A DNA stretch of 46,356 bases from Gammaproteobacteria bacterium (GTDB lineage: Bacteria; Pseudomonadota; Gammaproteobacteria; S012-40). The first letter of the stretch is position 1; every line of letters begins with the position of its first letter. Location of the stretch: positions 1 through 46,356 of the forward strand of contig WFVN01000288.1 of the NCBI GenBank assembly GCA_015491615.1, written 5' to 3'. Positions 22,074-37,091 of the stretch are shown here, piece after piece. The position numbers and the translations under genes were made by a program. The notes below the pieces were generated by a model that saw only the letters and a list, made by a program, of their open reading frames with translations, ran no database searches and had not been told where the DNA came from.

Positions 22074-22889
22074 ATGAAACGACTCTCCGCTTTGGCCCTG
22101 GGCGCCACTGTCGCCCTGTCCGCCACGTTCATGTCCGCCATCGCGAGCGCCGAGGACAAGGTTCTCGCCGTGGTCAACGGCGCCCCCATCACCCAGTCCA
22201 CTTTCGAACACTACAAACGCATGCGCCTGGGCCAGCGTGCCGGCCATTCCCTCACCGAGGATCAGAAGCGCAAACTCCTGGACGAACTGATCAACCGGGA
22301 ACTCATCTACCAGGACGCCCTGCGCACCGGCATGGACAAGGATCCGGAAGTGCAGAAGGAACTAGAGGAACTCAAGCACAACCTCTATACCAGCATGCGC
22401 ATTCGTCGCCTGCTCCAGGAGAACCCGGTGACCGAGCAGGCCATGCGCGAGATGTACAAGGCCCAGGTGCAGGAAGGGGCCGGTAAGGAATACAAGGCCC
22501 GCCACATTCTGGTGGAGAGTGAGGCGGAGGCCAAGGACATCATCAAGGAACTGCGCAAGGGCGCGGACTTCGCCCAGCTTGCCAAGAAAAAGTCCATCGG
22601 CCCCTCCGGCCAGCAGGGGGGGGATCTGGGCTGGTTCTCCGGCAGCCAGATGGTCAAGCCCTTCGCCGACGCGGTGGCCGAGATGAAGCCGGGTGAGTAC
22701 TCCCGCGTGCCGGTGAAGACGCAGTTCGGCTGGCACGTCATCAAGCTGGAGGATACCCGCGACGTGCAGCCCCCCAGCTTCGAGCAAGTGAAAGGGCAGA
22801 TCGAGACCATCGTCCAGGACAAGACCATCCAGGACTACATCCAGTCCCTCAAGTCCAAGGCGCAGGTGGAGATCAAGGCGCAGCCCTGA
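22074..22889 (+). CDS. periplasmic parvulin (PpiC-type) peptidyl-prolyl isomerase
   Basis: Signal peptide MKRLSALALGATVALSATFMSAIASA. Parvulin domain ARHILVESEAEAKDII ... GGDLGWFSGSQMVKPFADAV ... TQFGWHVIKLED. Confidence 0.9.
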   Translation: MKRLSALALGATVALSATFMSAIASAEDKVLAVVNGAPITQSTFEHYKRMRLGQRAGHSLTEDQKRKLLDELINRELIYQDALRTGMDKDPEVQKELEELKHNLYTSMRIRRLLQENPVTEQAMREMYKAQVQEGAGKEYKARHILVESEAEAKDIIKELRKGADFAQLAKKKSIGPSGQQGGDLGWFSGSQMVKPFADAVAEMKPGEYSRVPVKTQFGWHVIKLEDTRDVQPPSFEQVKGQIETIVQDKTIQDYIQSLKSKAQVEIKAQP

Positions 22890-22910
22890 TCCGTGTCAGC
22901 CCGCGGAATG

Positions 22911-22944
22911 AACGGCGTACCCCGCATGGGGCACGCCGTTTTTC
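22911..22944 (+). terminator. intrinsic terminator after the PPIase gene
   Basis: AACGGCGTACCCC-gcat-GGGGCACGCCGTT (12 of 13 positions paired) followed by TTTT. Confidence 0.75.
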
Positions 22945-22953
22945 ATGCCGTTC

Positions 22954-28520
<5,567 letters not shown>

Positions 28521-28574
28521 GGAATCCAGCGAGTGGGTTAAAATGACGGGCTAAGCTAGCACAGGGAAAAATTC

Positions 28575-28964
28575 ATGCCTACCCGACCCAGCAAGGACCT
28601 CGAAACCTTCGACAACCCCCATCCGGAGCGGGATTACACCATCCGCATCCGTATCCCCGAATTCACTTGCCTGTGCCCGAAGACGGGCCAGCCGGACTTC
28701 GCCACCCTGCATCTGGAGTACGTGCCCGACCGGCGCTGCGTGGAGCTCAAGTCCCTGAAGCTGTACATCTGGTCTTACCGGGACGAGGGCGCCTTCCACG
28801 AAGCGGTGACCAATCAGATCCTGAACGATCTGGTGGCCGCCACCGCGCCCCGTTTCATGCGCCTCACCGCCGAGTTCAACGTGCGCGGCGGCATCTACAC
28901 CACCGTGGTGGCCGAGCACCGCGCCCCCGATTGGCAACCCGCGCCGCCGGTCAGTCTCCCCTGA
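28575..28964 (+). CDS. queF: NADPH-dependent 7-cyano-7-deazaguanine reductase (unimodular QueF)
   Basis: 129 aa. Catalytic-Cys segment [15 protein letters not shown] and QueF motif [13 protein letters not shown]. Confidence 0.95.
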   Translation: MPTRPSKDLETFDNPHPERDYTIRIRIPEFTCLCPKTGQPDFATLHLEYVPDRRCVELKSLKLYIWSYRDEGAFHEAVTNQILNDLVAATAPRFMRLTAEFNVRGGIYTTVVAEHRAPDWQPAPPVSLP

Positions 28965-30271
28965 TGACCGACGCCTCGTTCCTGGGCATCGACGTGGGCA
29001 CCTCCGGCGTGCGCGCCGCCCTCGTCGATGCCTCGGGGAATCTGGCGCATCTGGGCCGCGCGCCCCTGCCCCCTTCGCGTCGGGACGGGGCCGGGCATGC
29101 CTTCCAGGACGCACCCGGCTGGTGGCGTGCCCTGGTGGCGGCGGTGACGACTCTCCCTGAACCGGCCCGCCAGCGGGTCACCGCCATCGGGCTGGACGCC
29201 ACCTCGGGAACGGTGCTGGCGGTGGATGAGCGGGGTGAACCTTTGGGCCCGGCGCGCATGTACGACGACCGCGCCGCCACGGCCACCGCCGAGCGCATCG
29301 CCCAGGTCGCCCCGCCCGAATCCGGCGCCCACGGGGCCGGCTCGGGCCTGGCCAAGGCCCTGGAACTCCTACAGGCGCACCCCCGCGCGCGCATCCTCAC
29401 CCAGGCCGATTGGCTCCTGGAACGTTTGGGCGCCTCGGGCGTCAGCGACGAGAACAACGCCCTCAAGCTGGGTTACGACCCCGTCGCGCGCTATTGGCCC
29501 GAGTGGCTGAGAACACTGGCCCCCAACCTCCCCCTGCCTGAGGTCCTACCGCCGGGAGCGCCAGCCGGGCGCCTGTCCCCGGAAGCCGCCCGCACCCTGG
29601 GCCTGCCCGCAGGTGCTCTCCTGGCCGCCGCCACCACCGACAGCGTCGCCGCCACCCTCGCTGCCGGCATTGAGGGGCTGGGCGAGGGCGTCACCGCCCT
29701 GGGCACCACCCTGGCACTGAAACTGGCCGGCACGCGGCCGGTGTTCGACCCGGCCCGGGGTATCTACAGCCATCGCCTGGGGGAAGTCTGGTTGGCCGCC
29801 GGGGCCTCCAACTCGGGCGGCGCGGTGCTGGCCCGGTTCTTCACCCCGGAGCGCCTGCGGGCCTTGTCCGAGCATATCGATCCGGACCAAGACTCCGGCC
29901 TGGACTACTACCCCCTCCCCGCTCCCGGTGAGCGCTTTCCCGTCGCCGATTCCCAGTGCCCACCGCGCCTGGAACCGCGCCCCGCCGACGACGTGCGCTT
30001 TCTGCACGGCCTTTTGGAGGGCATCGCCCGCATCGAGGCCGAGGGCTACCGCCTGCTGGCCGAACGAGCCGGCACCCGCCTGCGGCGCGTGTGGACCACC
30101 GGCGGCGGGGCATCCAACCCCACCTGGACCGCCCTGCGCCGACGTCTGCTGCAAGTGCCCGTGGCCCCGGCGGCGCAACAGGAAGCGGCGGTGGGCGCCG
30201 CCCGCCTGGCCCGCTGCGCCGTCACCGGCGAGCCTCCCCTCACCCTCCAGCCCACCGAGGCTAACCCATGA
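28964..30271 (+). CDS. FGGY-family carbohydrate kinase
   Basis: 435 aa from the ATG overlapping the queF stop (TGATG). N-terminal FLGIDVGTSGVRAALVD, C-terminal TTGGGASNPTW, typical of FGGY kinases. The longer track ORF from 28667 overlaps queF out of frame. Confidence 0.8.
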   Translation: MTDASFLGIDVGTSGVRAALVDASGNLAHLGRAPLPPSRRDGAGHAFQDAPGWWRALVAAVTTLPEPARQRVTAIGLDATSGTVLAVDERGEPLGPARMYDDRAATATAERIAQVAPPESGAHGAGSGLAKALELLQAHPRARILTQADWLLERLGASGVSDENNALKLGYDPVARYWPEWLRTLAPNLPLPEVLPPGAPAGRLSPEAARTLGLPAGALLAAATTDSVAATLAAGIEGLGEGVTALGTTLALKLAGTRPVFDPARGIYSHRLGEVWLAAGASNSGGAVLARFFTPERLRALSEHIDPDQDSGLDYYPLPAPGERFPVADSQCPPRLEPRPADDVRFLHGLLEGIARIEAEGYRLLAERAGTRLRRVWTTGGGASNPTWTALRRRLLQVPVAPAAQQEAAVGAARLARCAVTGEPPLTLQPTEANP

Positions 30272-31014
30272 AAGACAACCCCCTCACCGGCGCCGCCTAT
30301 CTCCTCAAGGGCTTCGCCCTCATCCGTACCCCCGGCCTGCGCCGCTACGTGGCCCTCCCCCTGGCCATCAACGTGGCTCTGTTCGCCATCCTCGGTTGGC
30401 TGGGTATCACCTGGCTGGGGGGCTTCCTGGACGAACAGATCCAGCGCCTGCCGGAATGGCTGCAATGGATCGAATGGCTGGTCTGGCCCCTGTTGGGGTT
30501 GGCCTTCCTGGTCATCGGCTTCACCCTGTTCACCTTCCTTGCCGGGATCATCGCTGCCCCCTTCAACGCCTTGCTCGCCGAGACCATCTTGCGCCGCGCC
30601 GGCGCCCTGTCCGATGAGCCCCCCGAGCGCCCCTGGCACGCGGCCCTGGCCGAGGCGGGGGTGGCGGTGCGCGAGGAACTGCGCAAGCTGGCCTATTTCC
30701 TCAAGTGGGCCTTCCCCTTCGGCATCGCCTTCTTTATCCCCGGGGTGAACCTGCTGGCCTCGCCCCTGTGGCTGGCGTTCAACGCCTGGATCCTGGCCCA
30801 GGAATATTTGGACTACCCCTACAGCGCCCAGGGCATCCCCTTTTCCCAACAACGCCCATACCTGCGTCGTCACCGGGGCCTGGTACTGGGCTTCGGCGGC
30901 GTCACCCAGGTGGCCACCGCCGTTCCCCTGGTCAATCTCCTGGTCATCCCCAGCGCCGTCGCCGGGGCCTGCCTGTTGTGGCTGGAACGTCTGCGCGACG
31001 ACGTCCCCCATTGA
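30268..31014 (+). CDS. cysZ: sulfate transporter CysZ
   Basis: 248 aa, multi-TM. AAPFNALLAE and PGVNLLASPLWLAFNAWILAQEYLDYP match CysZ blocks. The ATG overlaps the kinase stop (ATGA). Confidence 0.85.
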   Translation: MKDNPLTGAAYLLKGFALIRTPGLRRYVALPLAINVALFAILGWLGITWLGGFLDEQIQRLPEWLQWIEWLVWPLLGLAFLVIGFTLFTFLAGIIAAPFNALLAETILRRAGALSDEPPERPWHAALAEAGVAVREELRKLAYFLKWAFPFGIAFFIPGVNLLASPLWLAFNAWILAQEYLDYPYSAQGIPFSQQRPYLRRHRGLVLGFGGVTQVATAVPLVNLLVIPSAVAGACLLWLERLRDDVPH

Positions 31015-31160
31015 ATTCCCCCGGCTCCCCCCGGTTTATTTGGGAATAATTTCCCATTAAAGTTTCCGGTCACGGGTCGATACACCCAGGGAGCCGCCGA
31101 AACGGTCGGCGAAACAATTACCTTATTTCCTGCACGCAGGTTTTCCAAGGGGCTGCGACC

Positions 31161-33803
31161 ATGACTCGACCAAAACTGAAACCCCTCGCCCTCGCCCTGG
31201 CCCTCGCCGGTATCACCGCCCTCTCCGGCTGTTCCAACTCGGACGGCGAGGACATCATCTACGGCAGCCTGCTCAAGGGCCCCGTGGATGGAGCCACCAT
31301 CGAGATCGTCGATGCCGAGGGCAACCGTATCGCCTCCGGGGTGAGCAAGAACGGCATCTTCGCCGTGCGCCACGAAGGCATGGCGCAAACGGAGCTGGTG
31401 TACATCCGCGCCCGCGGCGGCAGCTACGTGGACGAGGCCACGGGGGAGACAGTGGACCTGGGCGATGCGGTGATGGAAACGGTCTTCACCGCCGAGGAAT
31501 GTCTGCAGCTCCTGGAGAACGGCGAGTATGCCGCCCTCACTCCCGAGACCACCCTCCTCGCCCGCCTGGTGCGCGAGAAAGTGGCGGCCGGCGAGGCGCC
31601 CGTCCAGGCCCTGCAGAGTGCCATCGACCTGGTGGAGCAGGAATGGATCGCCGACACCAATCCCACCGGCGGCCTCGTCTCCGGCGATACCCTCGTCCGC
31701 AAGGGCAATCTCGTGCAGGCCCTGGCCGACTCCCCGCAACAGGCCCTGGCCAAGAACCGGGCGATGAGCCTCTCCTATCTGGCCCAGGACCTGAATCTCG
31801 ACCCGAAGGACGTCCTTACACTGGTGGAAAAGGCCGCCGAAGACCTCACGGATGGCACCCTGGAGGGCAAGGCCGGCAACCAGGATCTTTCCCTGCCAGC
31901 CGCCGACGGCACCTCCGTCCCCCTCGCCGGCGTACGCGACCGCTACGCCAGCGCCCGCCAGACCCTGTTCCAGAACACCATGCAGCGCCTGGCGGAAGGG
32001 AATCTGAGCGACGCCGAACGGCAGCGCCTGGCGGGTATGATCGCCGATCGCCAGGGTGCCCAGGCCCTGCTTGCGCAACTGGACCGCCTCGCCCAGCAGC
32101 GCCAGGATGCCGAGGCCAAGGTCCAGGCCCTCCTCGCCGACGACGATCTCGTCGATTTGCCCCTGCCCACCCCCCTGAGCGACGAAGACGGCAATTCTAG
32201 CGACAACGCCGCCACCTACTCCCTCACCGTCCAGAAAGACGTGCCCGTCATCGTGTCACTGCGCCACAACGACGCCCCCCTGGATGTGACCGTGAACATG
32301 CTGCGTTACAACGGCGGCCAGCTCCCGCCCCTCATCACCGCCCGCCGCGGCGATACGGTGACGGTGAACATCGACAACCAGCTCGCCGAGGAGACCACCA
32401 TCCACTGGCACGGCTTCCGTATCCCCGCCGACGTGGATGGTGGCCCGGACAACCCCATCGCCGCGGGCGGGAGTTTCAGCCCGACCCTGAATCTGGACCA
32501 GCCCGCCGCCTCCCTGTGGTTCCACCCCCATCCCCACAGCAAGACCGGGCAGCAGGTGTACAACGGCCTGGCGGGCATCTTCATCCTCGAGGATGATCTC
32601 AGCATCCAGCTCCAGACCGACAATCAGCTCCCCGGCTACCCCTACGACATCCCCCTGTTGATCCAGGACCGCCGCTTCAAGGATACCGACGGCAACGGCA
32701 CCCCGGACACCATGGTCTATGCCGAGAGCCCGCGCGACATCGCCATGGGCATGCTCGGCGACCGCATCCTCGTCAATGGTGTGGAGGCGCCCAAACTGTC
32801 GGTGGAGACGCGCCAGTACCGCCTGCGCCTGTACAACGTCTCCAACGCCCGCACCTACGACTTCGCCTTCTCGGACGGGCGCACTTTCAAGGTCGTGGGG
32901 ACCGACGGCGGCCTGCTGCCACAACCGGTTGAAGTCGATCACCTGATGCTGGCACCGGCCGAGCGGGCGGAGATCGTCGTCGATTTCCGTAGCGACGCCG
33001 TGAACGACAAGGTCGTGCTCATCAGCCGCGCCTTCCTGGGCGCGCAGATGGGCATGATGGCCGGCGCCATGGGCGGCAGCGGTATGGACGGCATGTCGGG
33101 AACGGGTGGCATGGGAAGCATGGGCGGAATGTCCGGGATGGGCGGCATGAACGGCATGGATGGCGGTGGCATGGGCAGCGGCATGGACATGATGGGCACC
33201 CTCCCCAACGGCGCCGCCTTCCCCATCATGCGCTTCGACGTCACTACCCAGGCCCAGGACCCGGTCATCCTCTACACCGCCCTGCCGACCACGGCCGACA
33301 TCAACACCCGTTGGGCGAACGACGTCACCGATACCACCACCCGCCGTCCCTTCGTCATGGCCATGGGCAACATGGGCAAGATGACCGGCATGGGCCAGAA
33401 CGGTGATCTGGCCGCCGGCATGGGCTTCACCATCAACGGCAAGACCTTCGACATGACCGGAGATCCAGACGAAACCATCATCCTCAACGGCCAGGAGATC
33501 ACCGAGGTGTGGGAGATCACCAACCACTCCATGATGCCCCACCCCTTCCACGCCCACGCCATCCAGTACCAGATCCTGGACCGCAACGGGCGCGAGCCCT
33601 CCTGCGCGGACACCAGCACCGAGGCGGGTCAGGCCGCCTGCATCGACATGGGCTGGAAGGACACTGTGCTGGTGCGTCCCGGGGAGACGGTACGCCTGGT
33701 GGGTCGCTTCACCCCGGTGGTCAACGAAGGCAAATACATGTACCACTGCCACATCCTCGAGCACGAGGACAATGGCATGATGGGCGTGTTCGAAGTGAAG
33801 TAA
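31161..33803 (+). CDS. lipoprotein multicopper oxidase (CueO-like core) with ~350-aa N-terminal extension and Met/Gly-rich insert
   Basis: Lipobox ALSGC. Copper ligand motifs HWHGF, WFHPHPH, HPFHAHA, HCHILEHEDNGMM. 880 aa is much longer than a typical three-domain bacterial laccase. Confidence 0.9.
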   Translation: MTRPKLKPLALALALAGITALSGCSNSDGEDIIYGSLLKGPVDGATIEIVDAEGNRIASGVSKNGIFAVRHEGMAQTELVYIRARGGSYVDEATGETVDLGDAVMETVFTAEECLQLLENGEYAALTPETTLLARLVREKVAAGEAPVQALQSAIDLVEQEWIADTNPTGGLVSGDTLVRKGNLVQALADSPQQALAKNRAMSLSYLAQDLNLDPKDVLTLVEKAAEDLTDGTLEGKAGNQDLSLPAADGTSVPLAGVRDRYASARQTLFQNTMQRLAEGNLSDAERQRLAGMIADRQGAQALLAQLDRLAQQRQDAEAKVQALLADDDLVDLPLPTPLSDEDGNSSDNAATYSLTVQKDVPVIVSLRHNDAPLDVTVNMLRYNGGQLPPLITARRGDTVTVNIDNQLAEETTIHWHGFRIPADVDGGPDNPIAAGGSFSPTLNLDQPAASLWFHPHPHSKTGQQVYNGLAGIFILEDDLSIQLQTDNQLPGYPYDIPLLIQDRRFKDTDGNGTPDTMVYAESPRDIAMGMLGDRILVNGVEAPKLSVETRQYRLRLYNVSNARTYDFAFSDGRTFKVVGTDGGLLPQPVEVDHLMLAPAERAEIVVDFRSDAVNDKVVLISRAFLGAQMGMMAGAMGGSGMDGMSGTGGMGSMGGMSGMGGMNGMDGGGMGSGMDMMGTLPNGAAFPIMRFDVTTQAQDPVILYTALPTTADINTRWANDVTDTTTRRPFVMAMGNMGKMTGMGQNGDLAAGMGFTINGKTFDMTGDPDETIILNGQEITEVWEITNHSMMPHPFHAHAIQYQILDRNGREPSCADTSTEAGQAACIDMGWKDTVLVRPGETVRLVGRFTPVVNEGKYMYHCHILEHEDNGMMGVFEVK
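33039..33197 (+). repeat. coding low-complexity Met/Gly repeat inside the multicopper oxidase
   Basis: GAQMGMMAGAMGGSGMDGMSGTGGMGSMGGMSGMGGMNGMDGGGMGSGMDMMG, encoded by reiterated GGCATG-type units. Confidence 0.8.
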
Positions 33804-33823
33804 CGGGGCGGCAACCCCAAGCG

Positions 33824-33859
33824 AGGCCCGGACCGGGATCACCGGCCCGGGCCTTTTTT
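33824..33859 (+). terminator. intrinsic terminator after the multicopper oxidase gene
   Basis: AGGCCCGGACCGG-gatca-CCGGCCCGGGCCT (one mismatch) followed by TTTTT. Abuts the lysS stop. Confidence 0.8.
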
Positions 33860-35367
33860 CATCGGCCCTTGGGGCGCATGTGCGGAAAAAGGAGCACGTC
33901 GCGGATGGAGGGCGAATCGGTGAACAGCATCACCAGGCGGTCGATGCCGATACCCTCGCCGGCGGTGGGCGGCATGCCGTGCTCCAGGGCGATGATGTAG
34001 TCCTCGTCGAAGTGCATGGCCTCCTCGTCCCCGGCGGCGCGTTCCTCCAACTGCTTGCGGAAGCGCTCTGCCTGGTCCTCGGCGTCGTTGAGCTCGGAGA
34101 AGCCATTGGCGATCTCCCGGCCGCCGACGAAGAACTCGAAACGGTCGGTGACGAAGGGGTCGTGGTCGTTGCGCCGCGCCAAAGGGGAAACCTCCACCGG
34201 GTAGGCGGTGATGAAGGTGGGGTCCTTGAGGCGGTGTTCCACCGTCTTCTCGAAGATCTCCAACTGGATCTTGCCCAGCCCCCAGGTGGGCTTCAGGGGG
34301 ATCTCCAGGCGCTCGGCCACCTGTTTGGCGCGCTCCAGGTCGTCCAGGTCGGCGGTGGTCAGCTCCGGGTTGTAGCGGAGGATGGCCTCCTTCAGGGTGA
34401 GGCGGGTGAAGGGGCGGCCGAAGTCGTAGGTCTCCCCCTGGTAGGTGACCTGGGTGCTGCCCAGGACCTCCTCGGCCACCGTGCGCAGCATGTCCTCGGT
34501 GAGGTCCATGAGGTCTTCGTAGGTGGCGTAGGCCTCGTAGAACTCGAGCATGGTGAACTCGGGGTTGTGGCGCGTGGAGAGGCCCTCGTTGCGGAAGTTA
34601 CGGTTGATCTCGAAGACCTTCTCGAAGCCGCCCACCACCAGGCGCTTCAGGTACAGCTCCGGGGCGATGCGCAGGTACAGGTCCATGGACAGAGCGTTGT
34701 GGTAGGTCTTGAAGGGACGCGCGGTGGCGCCGCCGGGGAGGACCTGCATCATCGGCGTCTCCACCTCCAGGAAGCCCCGGTCGATGAGATAGCGGCGAAT
34801 GCGGTCGATGATGGCCGAGCGCAGGCGGAAGGTGCGACGGGAGACCTCGTTCATGATGAGGTCCAGGTAGCGCTGGCGGTAGCGGGTCTCCTGGTCGGCC
34901 AAGCCGTGGAACTTCTCCGGCAGGGGACGCAGGGACTTGGTGAGCAGGCGGATCTCATCCACCATCACCGTCAGCTCGCCGGTCTTGGTCTTGAAGAGGG
35001 TGCCCTCGGCGCCGAGGATGTCGCCGATGTCCCATTTCTTGAACTGGGCGTACACCCCTTCGGGCAGGTTGTCCCGCTTGACGTAGATCTGGATGCGCCC
35101 GGACATGTCCTGCAGGTGGGCGAAGGCCGCCTTGCCCATGATGCGGCGCGTCATCATGCGCCCGGCGATGGCCACCCGACGCGGATGCTCGGCCAGCCAG
35201 GCCTCGTCCTTGTCACCGTACTCGGCGTGCAGCTCGGCGGCCATGACGTTGCGGCGGAAGTCGTTGGGGAAGGGCACCGGGGTCTGCCGGCGCAGCTCGG
35301 CCAGTTTCGCCCGGCGCTGGGCGATCTGCTCGTTCTCGTCGTCGATGCGCTGTTGTTCGTCTGTCAT
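33859..35367 (-). CDS. lysS: lysine--tRNA ligase (class II)
   Basis: 502 aa with OB anticodon-binding domain and class II motifs (FLEVETPMM; FRNEG; [10 protein letters not shown]). Confidence 0.98.
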   Translation of the reverse strand: MTDEQQRIDDENEQIAQRRAKLAELRRQTPVPFPNDFRRNVMAAELHAEYGDKDEAWLAEHPRRVAIAGRMMTRRIMGKAAFAHLQDMSGRIQIYVKRDNLPEGVYAQFKKWDIGDILGAEGTLFKTKTGELTVMVDEIRLLTKSLRPLPEKFHGLADQETRYRQRYLDLIMNEVSRRTFRLRSAIIDRIRRYLIDRGFLEVETPMMQVLPGGATARPFKTYHNALSMDLYLRIAPELYLKRLVVGGFEKVFEINRNFRNEGLSTRHNPEFTMLEFYEAYATYEDLMDLTEDMLRTVAEEVLGSTQVTYQGETYDFGRPFTRLTLKEAILRYNPELTTADLDDLERAKQVAERLEIPLKPTWGLGKIQLEIFEKTVEHRLKDPTFITAYPVEVSPLARRNDHDPFVTDRFEFFVGGREIANGFSELNDAEDQAERFRKQLEERAAGDEEAMHFDEDYIIALEHGMPPTAGEGIGIDRLVMLFTDSPSIRDVLLFPHMRPKGR

Positions 35368-35376
35368 TTCAATGCC

Positions 35377-36475
35377 TTAGAGTCCACTCTTGAGGCTCGC
35401 CTCGATGAATTGATCCAGGTCGCCATCCAGCACCGCCTGGGTGTTGCCCACCTCCACGCCGGTGCGCAGGTCCTTGATGCGGGACTGGTCGAGGACGTAG
35501 GAGCGGATCTGGTGCCCCCAACCGATGTCCGACTTGGTCTCCTCCAGGGCCTGCTGTTCGGCGCGCCGCTTCTGCATCTCCAGCTCGTAGAGCTTGGCCT
35601 TGAGCTGCTTCATCGCCTGGGCCTTGTTCTTGTGCTGGGAGCGGTCGGTCTGGCACTGGACAACGATGCCGGTGGGTAGGTGGGTGATGCGCACCGCCGA
35701 TTCGGTGCGGTTGACGTGTTGGCCGCCGGCGCCGGAGGCGCGATAGACGTCGATGCGCAAATCCGCCGGGTTGATGTCGATGTCGATGTCGTCCTCCACC
35801 TCGGGGGAGACGAACACAGAGGCGAAGGAGGTGTGGCGGCGGTTGCCCGAGTCGAAGGGCGACTTGCGCACCAGGCGGTGGACGCCGGTCTCGGTACGCA
35901 GCCAACCATAGGCGTAGGGGCCTTCGAAACGTACCGTGGCGCTCTTGATGCCCGCCACCTCTCCCGGGGAGACCTCGATGAGCTCGGTCTTGAAACCGTG
36001 CCGCTCGCCCCAGCGCAGGTACATGCGCAGGAGCATCTCGGCCCAGTCTTGGGCCTCGGTGCCGCCGGAACCGGCCTGGATGTCCATGTAGGCGTTGGCG
36101 GCATCCATCTCGCCGGAGAACATGCGCTGGAACTCCAGTTCGTGGACCTGCTTCTCGAAGCGTTCCACGTCTTCGGCCACCGCCTGGGCCAGGTCGGCAT
36201 CGTCGTCCTCGGCGGCCAGCTCTAGCATCTCCGCGGCGTCTTTGAGACCCTGGGTGAGTTGGTCGAGACCCTGCACCACCTGTTCCAGCTGGGCCCGTTC
36301 ACGGCCCAGGGCCTGGGCGCGATCCGGGTCGTTCCAGACCTCCGGGTCTTCCAGTTCGCGGTTGACTTCTTCTAGGCGTTCTTTCTTGTGCTCGTAGTCA
36401 AAGATACCCCCTCAGGGCGTCCACGCGCCCTTGGAGGTCTCGGATCTTGTTCAGTAACGGATTGATTTCCAACAT
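35377..36475 (-). CDS. prfB: peptide chain release factor 2, expressed via programmed +1 frameshift
   Basis: ORF0 runs from ATG 36475 ([25 protein letters not shown]) to in-frame TGA 36400-36398. The +1 frame continues from GAC 36399-36397 ([25 protein letters not shown]...) into track ORF 35377..36279, which carries SPF and GGQ (SGAGGQHVN). Confidence 0.95.
36397..36412 (-). promoter_or_regulatory. RF2 autoregulatory +1 frameshift site
   Basis: Minus strand AGGGGG TAT CTT TGA C: internal Shine-Dalgarno-like element, slippery CTT and UGA-C stop, the classic prfB recoding signal. Confidence 0.9.
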
Positions 36476-36536
36476 GACTCGGCCCTGAATTCAAAGGCCG
36501 GAAATGATACACCAATGACAAATGGGATGGGATAGC

Positions 36537-36568
36537 GTAAAAACACGGAGCCCCGCCGGAGACGGGGC
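36537..36568 (-). terminator. candidate intrinsic terminator after the 125-aa exported-protein gene
   Basis: Minus strand GCCCCG-tctccgg-CGGGGC followed by TCCGTGTTTTT. Confidence 0.5.
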
Positions 36569-36596
36569 CGCTGGAAGCCGGAGAGGTTTCAAAGGC

Positions 36597-36974
36597 TCAG
36601 AAACGCAGCTTCAACCCGATGTTGGCGTTGTTGGCCACGTAACCCACCTGCATGCTCAAGGTGCCGGCCTGGAACAGGCGCCGGTACTTGGGGGGCAGGG
36701 CGTGGGCGACCCCGGCGTGCAACAAGGCGGTGGTGAGAAAATAGGTGTTCACTTTCTGGGCGCTGGGGCAGCGACCGAGGATGGGGTTGGTCTCGTAGTA
36801 GGCCCCGGACTGGCACTGGGCGGCGATGTCCAGGGTCTGCCCCCAATCGGTGATGTGCACGGAGAGGTAGGCCATCTCCCACAGGGTGTCTTGTTTGGTC
36901 CAGGCACTGGCATCGTTGAAGGCGCCCATGAAAAGGAGCACCGTCAAAACCCACGGAAATACCCTCTTGCGCAT
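36597..36974 (-). CDS. hypothetical exported protein, 125 aa
   Basis: Signal peptide MRKRVFPWVLTVLLFMGAFNDASA. Mature part has two Cys and ends IGLKLRF (OMP-like C-terminal Phe). No family recognised. Confidence 0.6.
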   Translation of the reverse strand: MRKRVFPWVLTVLLFMGAFNDASAWTKQDTLWEMAYLSVHITDWGQTLDIAAQCQSGAYYETNPILGRCPSAQKVNTYFLTTALLHAGVAHALPPKYRRLFQAGTLSMQVGYVANNANIGLKLRF

Positions 36975-37091
36975 CGTTGCCCCATGTTTCTTCGTAAACC
37001 GTCTTGGTTTGCGGCCGCCGGGGCACGGCGAAGAGAGGGCATATCGCGCACTGGGTCACAAAAACCCGAAAACAAACAAGGGATGGGAGAA

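Noticed and set aside
31090-31160. Short dyads upstream of the multicopper oxidase (CGCCGA-n5-TCGGCG; CCTGC-ac-GCAGG) considered as a CueR/MerR operator
   Set aside because: They do not resemble the ACCTTCC-n7-GGAAGGT-type CueR box and are not embedded between -35 and -10 elements with a long spacer. They sit in the 5' leader next to the Shine-Dalgarno, so they are more likely incidental leader structure.
32256-35679. Long ORFs 32256..33842 (-) and 33880..35679 (+)
   Set aside because: Antisense to the multicopper oxidase and to lysS/prfB respectively. Those genes carry complete catalytic motifs, and the antisense products are His/Gly/Val/Asp-rich low complexity.
36522-37091. 190-codon N-terminal extension of the lipoprotein ORF (track ORF 36522..37496)
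   Set aside because: The extension overlaps the convergently read 125-aa exported-protein gene and its terminator, and is Gly/Val-rich. The internal ATG at 37092 gives a canonical lipoprotein signal peptide.
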